64,000 bases of DNA from Thermodesulfobacteriota bacterium (GTDB lineage Bacteria; Desulfobacterota_D; UBA1144): assembly GCA_030835345.1 (NCBI GenBank), contig JAURPH010000006.1:68088-132087 (forward strand), in the 5' to 3' direction. This document shows, in pieces, positions 21,031 to 29,476 of this stretch. Each line of letters begins with the position of its first letter. Position 1 is the stretch's first letter. Below the pieces are notes generated by a model. That model had not been told where the DNA came from, searched no databases, and saw nothing but the letters and a program-made list of their open reading frames with translations. A program made the position numbers and the translations under genes.

Positions 21031-21792
21031 ATGGCAATAAAGATTAAAAAACCAAACGAGATTAGCAAGATTCAAAAATCAGGCTCTATAATTGCTCAAG
21101 TTCGTGATTTATTAATTAAAAATATTGAGCCAGGAATTTCTACTTGGGAATTAGATAGAATCGCAGAAGAGTATACGCTTTCTAAAGGTTTTAAGCCTGC
21201 ATTTAAAGGTTATCAAAACTTTCCAGCTTCTATATGTGCATCTATTAATGATGAAGTTGTACATGGCCTTCCATCAAAAAATAGAATTTTAAAAAACGGA
21301 GATATTATTGGTATCGATTTTGGAGTTTATGATGGTGAATATTACTCTGACTCAGCATTTACTTTTGGTGTAGGTACAATATCAGATGATGTATCGAAAC
21401 TTTTAGAAGTAACCAAAAGTTCTCTTGAAAAAGGTATTGAACTAGCTAAGCCAGGGAATAAGATTTTTGATATTTCAAAGGCAATTCAGGAATGTGTTGA
21501 AGCAGAAGGATTTTCAGTTGTTCGATCTTATGTTGGACATGGAATTGGAAAGGAGCTACATGAAGAGCCTCATGTCCCAAATTTCATTTTAAGCGAAAAG
21601 GATCGAAACACATCTTTAAAATTAAAAGAGGGCATGGTTTTGGCTATTGAGCCAATGGTTAATATTGGAGATTATGAAGTTGAGTTAAGTAGTGATTCAT
21701 GGACTGTTAAGACAAAGGATGGTAGTCTATCAGCTCATTTCGAACATACAGTTGCAATTACAAAAAATGGACCAAAGGTGTTAACAAGTTAA
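21031..21792 (+). CDS. map: Methionine aminopeptidase type I
   Basis: SINDEVVHG, GHGIG..LHEEP, AIEPM, SAHFEHT. Confidence 0.97.
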   Translation: MAIKIKKPNEISKIQKSGSIIAQVRDLLIKNIEPGISTWELDRIAEEYTLSKGFKPAFKGYQNFPASICASINDEVVHGLPSKNRILKNGDIIGIDFGVYDGEYYSDSAFTFGVGTISDDVSKLLEVTKSSLEKGIELAKPGNKIFDISKAIQECVEAEGFSVVRSYVGHGIGKELHEEPHVPNFILSEKDRNTSLKLKEGMVLAIEPMVNIGDYEVELSSDSWTVKTKDGSLSAHFEHTVAITKNGPKVLTS

Positions 21793-22011
21793 ATGGGTAA
21801 AGAAGAAAGAATTGAATTAGAAGGAACAATTTTGGAAGCACTTCCTAACGCTATGTTTAAGGTTGAACTCGAGAATAGTCATCAAATTTTAGCTTATGTT
21901 TCAGGGAAAATGAGGACTCACTTTATTCGTATTTTGCCTGGCGATAAGGTAAAAGTTGAAGTATCACCGTATGATTTGACAAAAGGAAGAATAACATATA
22001 GATTGAAATGA
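21793..22011 (+). CDS. infA: Translation initiation factor IF-1
   Basis: [25 protein letters not shown]. Confidence 0.98.
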   Translation: MGKEERIELEGTILEALPNAMFKVELENSHQILAYVSGKMRTHFIRILPGDKVKVEVSPYDLTKGRITYRLK

Positions 22012-22049
22012 AATTATCGTATATAATATAACGCTTTAACGGAGATTTT

Positions 22050-22433
22050 ATGCCTAGAATTGCAGGAGTAGACATACCAGAAAATAAAAGAGTTGAAATA
22101 GCTCTTACTTATATTTTTGGTATTGGGAAAAAGATATCTAATGATATTTTAAGTTCAGCTAATATTGATAAAAATATTAAAACTAGTGAACTAACCGATG
22201 AAGATGTTGCTAAAATTCGCCAACTGATTGAAGATAATTATTTAGTTGAAGGTGAATTAAGGGTAGATGTTCAAAATAACATAAAAAGACTTCAAGAAAT
22301 TGTCTCATATCGTGGAATAAGGCATAGAAAAAAATTACCTTGTAGAGGGCAAAGAACTAAATCTAATGCAAGAACTCGAAGAGGTAAAAAAGGTTTAGCA
22401 GTAGCAAAGAAAAAATTAGCAGGAATTAAGTAA
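22050..22433 (+). CDS. rpsM: 30S ribosomal protein S13
   Basis: RIAGVDIP, YRGIRH, RGQRTKSNARTR. Confidence 0.98.
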   Translation: MPRIAGVDIPENKRVEIALTYIFGIGKKISNDILSSANIDKNIKTSELTDEDVAKIRQLIEDNYLVEGELRVDVQNNIKRLQEIVSYRGIRHRKKLPCRGQRTKSNARTRRGKKGLAVAKKKLAGIK

Positions 22434-22452
22434 GATAGAGGGATAATTTATT

Positions 22453-22836
22453 TTGAAAAAAGTTAAAAAAAATAAGAAAGTTAAAAAGTTTGTTGAAGCA
22501 GGACATGCTCATATACAAGCTACTTTTAATAATACTATCATTACAATTACCGATCAATCAGGAAATGTAATTTCTTGGGCGGCTGGTGGAAAAAAAGGTT
22601 TTAAAGGTACAAGGAAAGGAACTCCATTTGCTGCACAGCTCGCAGCTGAGGATGCTGCAAAAAAAGCTGCTGATTTTGGAATGAAAACAATTTCTGTATT
22701 TGTGAAAGGACCTGGTCCAGGAAGAGAAACAGCAATTAGATCAATACAAGCAGCTGGAATTAAAATTGATTTAATCAAAGATGTAACACCTTTGCCACAC
22801 AACGGTTGTAGACCTCCAGCAAAGAGAAGGGTATAG
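22453..22836 (+). CDS. rpsK: 30S ribosomal protein S11
   Basis: [24 protein letters not shown]. Confidence 0.98.
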   Translation: MKKVKKNKKVKKFVEAGHAHIQATFNNTIITITDQSGNVISWAAGGKKGFKGTRKGTPFAAQLAAEDAAKKAADFGMKTISVFVKGPGPGRETAIRSIQAAGIKIDLIKDVTPLPHNGCRPPAKRRV

Positions 22837-22845
22837 GGGAAAAAT

Positions 22846-23475
22846 TTGGCTAGATATACAGGACCAACAACAAAATTATCAAGAAGAGAAGGGCAAGAGC
22901 TTTTCTTAAAAGGTGATAGATCTTATACCGATAAGGCTGCAAGAAGGTTGACTATTTTACCTGGCCAGTCTCAAGCCAAATATAGACAAAAATCCTCTGA
23001 GTATGCAATTAGGCTTCGAGAAAAACAAAAATTAAAAAGAATATTTGGTTTAACAGAAAAGCAGTTTAGGATTAACTTTACAAAATCAAATAACCAGCCT
23101 GGTGTTACAGGGGATAATTTAATCGCAAATTTAGAAAGAAGGTTGGACAATGCTGTTTACAGGCTTGGTTTTTTAAGTTCAAGAAGCGAAGCTAGACAGT
23201 TTGTTAACCATGGCCATATACTTGTTAATGGTAAGAAGGTTGATATCCCATCATATTTAATATCCCTTGATGATATTATTGAAGTTAGAGAAAAGAGTAA
23301 GGAATCAAAAAGAATTAAAGAATCAATCGAATCTGTAGCAAGAAGAGGTGTAGTTGATTGGCTTGAATTAGATTCAGAGAAACTCACCGGTAAAGTTAAA
23401 AGGTTACCTACAAGGGAAGACTTTAAGCTGCCTATTGACGAACAGCTTATAATTGAATTTTATTCTAAACTTTAG
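22846..23475 (+). CDS. rpsD: 30S ribosomal protein S4 (long N-terminal type, all four metal-binding Cys replaced)
   Basis: MARYTGP, LREKQK, LERRLDN, ARQFVNHGH, EFYS. Confidence 0.98.
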   Translation: MARYTGPTTKLSRREGQELFLKGDRSYTDKAARRLTILPGQSQAKYRQKSSEYAIRLREKQKLKRIFGLTEKQFRINFTKSNNQPGVTGDNLIANLERRLDNAVYRLGFLSSRSEARQFVNHGHILVNGKKVDIPSYLISLDDIIEVREKSKESKRIKESIESVARRGVVDWLELDSEKLTGKVKRLPTREDFKLPIDEQLIIEFYSKL

Positions 23476-23483
23476 GAGAATTT

Positions 23484-24530
23484 ATGGAATTTCAAAGAAA
23501 TTGGATAGGCTTATATAAGCCAAAATCTATACAAATTGAACAGAAATCCAAAAGTGATACTTATGGTAAGTTTGTATGCCAGCCTTTAGAGAAAGGTTAT
23601 GGTCTCACAATAGGGAATTCTTTAAGAAGAACTCTACTTTCATCTATTCAAGGTCCTGCGATAACGAAAATTAAAATTGATGGTGTTCAGCATGAATTTT
23701 CGACAATTACAGGAATAAAAGAAGATGTAACTGAAATTATTTTAAATTTGAAACAAATTAGTTTAAAAATGGATACTTACGAGCCTCAAACTTTAAATTT
23801 AAGCTATGCAGGAGAAGGTGAGGTAACAGCGAAGGACATAGAGACAAATCAACATGTTGAAATAGTTAATCCTGAGCAGTTTATCGCCACTTTATCTGAA
23901 AGTGCTAAATTGGATATGGAACTTACTATTGAGATGGGTCGAGGATATGTAACTACTGAATCCAGAGATGATGGATCTCATTCAATTGGAGACATTCCAA
24001 TTGATGCAATTTTCTCTCCAATTAAAAAAGTTAACTATAATGTTACAGCTGCTAGAGTTGGTAGACGTACAGATTATGAGAAATTAACTATTGAGGTATG
24101 GACAAATGGAACAATTATTCCTGAAGATGCTGTAGCATATTCTGCTAAAATCATAAAAGATCAAATGACAGTATTCGTTAATTTTGATGAGGAAGAAATT
24201 GATTCTATTCCTATAATTGAAGATGAAAGTGACGAAATAATAGGTTCTGAAGATGTTCTCTTTACAAGAGTTGAAGAGTTAGATTTTTCTGCAAGATCCT
24301 TAAATTGTCTTGAAAAGGCGAATATAAAATACTTGGGAGATTTAATACAATTGAACGAAGAGGATTTGCTAAACCTTGAAAATTTTGGTAAAAGATCGTT
24401 AAATGAAGTCAGAGATGTAGTTTTATCATTCAATATAAAATTAGGTGAAGAAATAAACAAAGATTTATATTATGAGCAGAGAAAAGCTAAAGAAGACGTT
24501 GGCAATGGTGATATCCCAGAGGAAGCATAA
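23484..24530 (+). CDS. rpoA: RNA polymerase alpha subunit
   Basis: PLEKGYGLTIGNSLRR, HEFS, IDAIFSP, alpha-CTD NFGKRSL. Confidence 0.98.
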   Translation: MEFQRNWIGLYKPKSIQIEQKSKSDTYGKFVCQPLEKGYGLTIGNSLRRTLLSSIQGPAITKIKIDGVQHEFSTITGIKEDVTEIILNLKQISLKMDTYEPQTLNLSYAGEGEVTAKDIETNQHVEIVNPEQFIATLSESAKLDMELTIEMGRGYVTTESRDDGSHSIGDIPIDAIFSPIKKVNYNVTAARVGRRTDYEKLTIEVWTNGTIIPEDAVAYSAKIIKDQMTVFVNFDEEEIDSIPIIEDESDEIIGSEDVLFTRVEELDFSARSLNCLEKANIKYLGDLIQLNEEDLLNLENFGKRSLNEVRDVVLSFNIKLGEEINKDLYYEQRKAKEDVGNGDIPEEA

Positions 24531-24949
24531 TGAGACATAGAGTAAGAAAAGGAAAATTAGGTCTAAAGACAGAGCATAGATTATCTTTATTAAGGAACCT
24601 TTCTACTGAACTTTTCAGACATGGGAGAATTGTTACAACTGATGCTCGAGCTAAAGAACTAAAAAGATTTTCAGAAAGGCTTATCACAACCGCAAAAAAG
24701 AATAGCCTTCATGCAAGAAGACTAGTAAATGCTAAAATTAAAGACAGAGATGTACTAGCTAATTTGTTTGATACAATAGCGCCCAGTTTTAACGATAGAC
24801 CAGGTGGATATACAAGAGTTATAAAATTAGCTCCTAGAAGAGGTGATGCTGCACCAATGTCATTAATAGAGCTTGTTGGCTTAGATGTTCCGTTTAATAA
24901 AGTTGAAAAGATTGAAGAGCCTGAATTAGAAGAGAAAGCTGCTGAATAA
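24530..24949 (+). CDS. rplQ: 50S ribosomal protein L17
   Basis: MRHR, RPGGYTRV, RRGDAAPM. Confidence 0.98.
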   Translation: MRHRVRKGKLGLKTEHRLSLLRNLSTELFRHGRIVTTDARAKELKRFSERLITTAKKNSLHARRLVNAKIKDRDVLANLFDTIAPSFNDRPGGYTRVIKLAPRRGDAAPMSLIELVGLDVPFNKVEKIEEPELEEKAAE

Positions 24950-24960
24950 TTTTTTGAATT

Positions 24961-25953
24961 ATGGATAATAAGCTTGGAATCATACTTGACCCTAATAGCT
25001 TTCAGAATATAAACAATGTAATAACAAAAGCTGAAAAGTACAATTTTCATTCAGCTTGGGTTACGGAACTTTATAGATCTTCTTTTGAACAGCTAACATA
25101 TATAGCTAGCATTACTAAGAAGATAAAAATTGGTTCCGCAGTAACTCTCGCTTTCACTAGAAGTCCACTATCAACATTGATATCCGCATTAGATATAGAT
25201 GAATTATCTAACGGTAGGTTTTTATTTGGTATTGGATCTGGTGCCATTAATACTAATAGAAAATGGCATGGTCTAGAAGATTTTGATAATCCTTCTGAAA
25301 GAATTAAGTCTTTTATTAAAATTACAAGGAAAATTGAGAAGTCTTTGATGTCAGGAGAGGACATTAATTATCGTGATCTTTACAATACTATAGATTTGAA
25401 GAGCTTTAGAAGGCCATTTAAGCCACTTAGACAGGAAATACCAATATATTTAGCTGGAATAGGTCCTAAGATGGTTAAAACTGCATTTACGGAATTTAGT
25501 GGATATTTGGGACATGTTGTTTGTTCACTTGATTATTTAAAAAAATATATACAACCACTTAGAGTTAATAATTCGAAAAGTACAAAGTCTATAATTTTAT
25601 GTTCCATTAATAACAATAAAGCAAAAGCAATAAATGATGCAAGAGGAACAATAGCATTTTATGCTACTGTCAAAGCTTATTCTAAACCATTCATTGATTT
25701 GGGTTTTGAAGAAAATATAAATAAAATTAGAAATGAATTTTTTAATAATAACCCAAGAGGAATGATGGACAATGTAAGTGATGAGATGGTAACTTCTTTT
25801 TCTATTGTCGGATCTCAAATTGAGGTATTAGAAAAACTTGAGGAGTATAAAAAATATTTAGATTTACCAATACTTACTGCACCTCATTATTATTTAGAGA
25901 AAGAATTTGTTGAACAATATCAAAACAACATATTAGAAACTTTTAAGGTTTAG
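24961..25953 (+). CDS. LLM-class (luciferase-like) flavin/F420-dependent oxidoreductase
   Basis: SAWVTE, IKIGSAV..AFTRSP, SNGRFLFGIGSG, IPIYLAGIGPKM, typical of the Mer/LLM TIM-barrel family. Confidence 0.85.
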   Translation: MDNKLGIILDPNSFQNINNVITKAEKYNFHSAWVTELYRSSFEQLTYIASITKKIKIGSAVTLAFTRSPLSTLISALDIDELSNGRFLFGIGSGAINTNRKWHGLEDFDNPSERIKSFIKITRKIEKSLMSGEDINYRDLYNTIDLKSFRRPFKPLRQEIPIYLAGIGPKMVKTAFTEFSGYLGHVVCSLDYLKKYIQPLRVNNSKSTKSIILCSINNNKAKAINDARGTIAFYATVKAYSKPFIDLGFEENINKIRNEFFNNNPRGMMDNVSDEMVTSFSIVGSQIEVLEKLEEYKKYLDLPILTAPHYYLEKEFVEQYQNNILETFKV

Positions 25954-26611
25954 TAGCTGTATATATCGTTACAAGTCCTAAATTAAATGTATCGATTTCT
26001 TTTATTCGGAATCCACTGTCTAACAATATCTCTTCAAACTGTTTTGGAGTGTAAAAATTACTTATTGAAGATGAAAGATAATAGTATTCTTTAAATTTCC
26101 CAAACAAGAGCCCTATGAATGGAATTATTAGAAATAAATAAGTAGTTGTTAGTAAAGATAGGAAAATATTTTCACTTTTTGAAAATTCCATAATTTTCAA
26201 CGTTGCTCCTTTCTTCATGACTCTTTTACATTCAGTCAAAGCATTATTAATTGATTTTGTATTTCTAATACCAAAAGAAATCGTCACAAAATCAAAAAAA
26301 TTATTATCAAAATGTAGATCTTCACAATAATTTTCGCTAAAAATAACATTTTTTTTAACATTTTTTTTAATCGCAAGGTCTAGCATTTTATTGGAAGGGT
26401 CAGTTGCATAAAGAGCAGATTCTTTCCAATATTCCTCTATTAAAAAAATAATATCACCAGTGCCAGTTGCTATATCAAGGACATTCCCCTTTATAGTATG
26501 GCCGAGGACTAATCTTTTTTTCCATTTTTTATGCTTTCCTAGACTTATAATATTATTAATAAGATTATAAACATGCGAAATTGAATTAAATGTTTTTTTT
26601 GTATCTGGCAT
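25943..26611 (-). CDS. ubiE: UbiE/MenG family quinone C-methyltransferase
   Basis: VLDIATGTGD SAM motif, VTISFGIRN, MEFS, YYYLSSSI..F. Confidence 0.88.
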   Translation of the reverse strand: MPDTKKTFNSISHVYNLINNIISLGKHKKWKKRLVLGHTIKGNVLDIATGTGDIIFLIEEYWKESALYATDPSNKMLDLAIKKNVKKNVIFSENYCEDLHFDNNFFDFVTISFGIRNTKSINNALTECKRVMKKGATLKIMEFSKSENIFLSLLTTTYLFLIIPFIGLLFGKFKEYYYLSSSISNFYTPKQFEEILLDSGFRIKEIDTFNLGLVTIYTATKP

Positions 26612-27480
26612 TATAAATTTTTAACTAAATTAGATGCTTCAATTATAGATCCTGATGTCATTAAATGAAGACCATCTAAATTTGTTTTGTATATTTTAAT
26701 TAACTTTTTTAGATGGTTACTTGAGTAAGAATGAATTTTTTTATCATCATATTTTGCTAAATCCATTAAATGAGGAGAATCTATTGAAATACCACCTAAT
26801 TTTTTGAGCAAATTATTAAGGATTCTTTTGTTTTTAACAGGTAGAACCCCTGCAAAAATTTTATAATCTTTACTATCAGATAATTTTATAATTTTCTCAA
26901 AATCACTTTCAGAGTAAATTGGTTGAGTAATAAAAAATTTTGATCCTCTTTTGAGCCTTTTCTCAATAGTTGTTTTTATTTTATTGAAAGACCTATTAAT
27001 ATTTAATGCAGAAAAGATATTAATATTCATTTTAGACTTGGTTTCATTATTGTTAAAATCAAGCCCTTTTTTGATTTTGTTTACATTACTAATCATTTCG
27101 TCTGTAGTTAATTCAAAGACCTCTTTAGACTTTTTTGTATTCCCATATGAAATTGGATCACCTTTAACGATAAGAATATTTTTTAGTTTCATTGAAAGTG
27201 CTCCAAATATTTCGCTTTGAAGAGCCAAGGAGTTTCTATCTCTTGATGAAAAATTAACAATTAATTTTTTCGGATCAACTCCCTTTAATATAAGCTTGTG
27301 TGCTACAGCTATTGGATTTATTCTTAATGTAGCCATTGGACAACAAGTAATGTCTAAAAAGTCAAAATTCTTTTCGTACTTAAGAATTTTATTTACAAAA
27401 CTATCAGAAATCAAATATCTAGGTGGAACGATTTCAAAAGATTTTTGGATTGTATCATTGTTTAAGTTAGAATTTATCAT
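26611..27480 (-). CDS. metF: Methylenetetrahydrofolate reductase (stand-alone, similar to the YitJ C-terminal domain)
   Basis: EIVPP, RDRNSLALQS, ILIVKGDP, FFITQPIY, AGVLP. Confidence 0.8.
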   Translation of the reverse strand: MINSNLNNDTIQKSFEIVPPRYLISDSFVNKILKYEKNFDFLDITCCPMATLRINPIAVAHKLILKGVDPKKLIVNFSSRDRNSLALQSEIFGALSMKLKNILIVKGDPISYGNTKKSKEVFELTTDEMISNVNKIKKGLDFNNNETKSKMNINIFSALNINRSFNKIKTTIEKRLKRGSKFFITQPIYSESDFEKIIKLSDSKDYKIFAGVLPVKNKRILNNLLKKLGGISIDSPHLMDLAKYDDKKIHSYSSNHLKKLIKIYKTNLDGLHLMTSGSIIEASNLVKNL

Positions 27481-27482
27481 TA

Positions 27483-28412
27483 ATGCGCTTTTTAGTTTTA
27501 ACTCTATTTTTCTTCATCCTTCATTCAAATTCATATGGTATCACGAAAGAATATAATTTAATAGATAAGAAATTAATAATTTTTACTAATGATGAAATTT
27601 CTAATGAGCTAGATGATTTGATAGAGAGGAAATTGGATGCCATATTCTCTGTAATTGATGTAAACGATTCCGATTCTTTTGTTTCAAGGTTTAATAATTT
27701 AGAGAGAAATTCACAAGTTTCTGCACCAGATTACTTTGTAGATGCTTTTTTAATATTAAAAAACTATAATAAAATATCTAAAGGATCTTTTGATCCCACA
27801 ATATTTTCTATATTATCAAAATCAAGTAAACCTGAAAAGATAAATAAGCTACTAAATTCAAGCGCTTTAAGAAAATGCGTATCCCTTAACAATATTCAGG
27901 TTAAAGCCAGTAATATTTTTTTCAAAGCTCAGGAGTGTACTAAATTAAGTTTTGATTCAGTTATTTCAGGCATAGTTGTTGAGAATTTAAAATCAATTTT
28001 AGTCAATAGTAGTATTCCAAATTTTTCAATTATCTATAATGGAACTATTTCAAATTTTAATCAGACTCTAGATATAAAAAATTATTTCGATTTAAAAGAA
28101 GAAATATATAAAATTATAAACTTTGAAGATATCCCAAATTATTCTATTTATATTTTTGATAATGAAATTAAAACGTATAACATTAATCAAAAAAATAAGC
28201 AGATTATAGATGATAAGTCTGTTTTTATTTTAGTAGCATCAGATTCAATTGTGAATAATGACATTTTATCCAAGACATTAAATCTTTTGGATTTTAATAA
28301 GCTTAACAACTCAGAGTATATTAATGTCAACATACCAGTCTTTATTTCCTACAAAGTTGGAACATTTACATATTACAAACATAGTAGGAGTTTTCAAAAG
28401 TATTTAGATTAA
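27483..28412 (+). CDS. Exported ApbE-like (flavin transferase fold) protein, degenerate
   Basis: Signal peptide; FS....DSFVSRFN, SKGSFDPTI, KLSFDSVISGIVVE (compare LDLGGIAKGYAVD). Confidence 0.55.
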   Translation: MRFLVLTLFFFILHSNSYGITKEYNLIDKKLIIFTNDEISNELDDLIERKLDAIFSVIDVNDSDSFVSRFNNLERNSQVSAPDYFVDAFLILKNYNKISKGSFDPTIFSILSKSSKPEKINKLLNSSALRKCVSLNNIQVKASNIFFKAQECTKLSFDSVISGIVVENLKSILVNSSIPNFSIIYNGTISNFNQTLDIKNYFDLKEEIYKIINFEDIPNYSIYIFDNEIKTYNINQKNKQIIDDKSVFILVASDSIVNNDILSKTLNLLDFNKLNNSEYINVNIPVFISYKVGTFTYYKHSRSFQKYLD

Positions 28413-29476
28413 ATATCTAATTTTTTTTTGATATAATAAGGGTCAAGACTGATTTCATTTTCATCTTCTCTACCTACATGAATACTAAAGATATCTTCTA
28501 ATATTCCCTCAAGGATTTGATTGTATTTTTTGTGCTTTATTGCTTCTAAGGGTGTTAAATCGTCTAGAAGTTTAAGTTTAGTATTAAGCCATACCTCGCT
28601 TGGATCACTAATATGGCTTGGTGAAATATATTCCTCAAGCCCAATATCATTTAATACATGGTCTAGATCTGAATTTGTAAAGGAAGTAAAAACAATCTTG
28701 CTGTTGCTTATTTCAACACTTCCTGGACTGTAATTCATTTGGTCGTCTACAAGGTTGAATACTGATGCATCTTTATCGCTATGCATTTTTTTAAAAAATT
28801 TCTTTTTTGAAATGATTTTCTCAATCTCTTTTCTGTTCTTTACATTAAATTCTTTAAATAATATTACATTTGATGGATAGGTTTCAGAGAACTCTTTAGC
28901 ACTTTTTTTAATCAAATAATTTAATAAGTAATAATTAGTCTTTAAATAAGAAGTAGTTGATTCGAAATCATCTTTTGTTTTAAAGTTGGTTATATTTTTA
29001 ATTAAATCTTTAGTTATGAAATCCTTAAAAACTTCGATTTTACCAACAACATGATCTTCTGCATTTTTAGAGTTAATTCTAATGGACAAAACATCATTAA
29101 TTTTAAATTCATTTTGATTATATATAGTAATTTTTTTATTTATTATAAGGTCTTCAAGTATATAGTAGTTATCATGATTGCTTAGAATTTTGTAAATAGA
29201 CCTATAGGAATTTATTAAGTCTTTTATATATTCATTGTTATTCTCTTTGTAATATATTGAAATAATACTTTTCTGAAAGCTTATTAAATTATAATCAAAA
29301 ATAAACCAGTCAATAAATGCATCGAATTCATCAGAATTTCTAGTTTCATATGATGTTAAATCTAGAACAGAGTAGGGGTTTAAATTCCAAAGATAAAATG
29401 CTTCTTTAGCTTCATTAAGTAAATGTTCAGATTTAGCAAATTGAATTAATTGATTATATATTTCTTCAGATTTCAT
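28409..29476 (-). CDS. Hypothetical protein with C-terminal Xre/MbcA/ParS-like (DUF2384) motif
   Basis: 355-aa ORF overlapping the photolyase stop; F.DWFIFDY, SIY and C-terminal WLNTKLKLLDDLTPLEA. Confidence 0.6.
   Translation of the reverse strand: MKSEEIYNQLIQFAKSEHLLNEAKEAFYLWNLNPYSVLDLTSYETRNSDEFDAFIDWFIFDYNLISFQKSIISIYYKENNNEYIKDLINSYRSIYKILSNHDNYYILEDLIINKKITIYNQNEFKINDVLSIRINSKNAEDHVVGKIEVFKDFITKDLIKNITNFKTKDDFESTTSYLKTNYYLLNYLIKKSAKEFSETYPSNVILFKEFNVKNRKEIEKIISKKKFFKKMHSDKDASVFNLVDDQMNYSPGSVEISNSKIVFTSFTNSDLDHVLNDIGLEEYISPSHISDPSEVWLNTKLKLLDDLTPLEAIKHKKYNQILEGILEDIFSIHVGREDENEISLDPYYIKKKLDI

Noticed and set aside
22003-22049. Hidden rpmJ or a confident alpha-operon promoter between infA and rpsM
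   Set aside because: 38 nt is too short for L36. TATAAT at 22022-22027 is present, but TTGAAA is only 13 nt upstream, so the promoter is not called.
28409-29476. RES-Xre toxin-antitoxin module
   Set aside because: Only a short C-terminal antitoxin-like motif in a 355-aa protein; no RES toxin gene adjacent.
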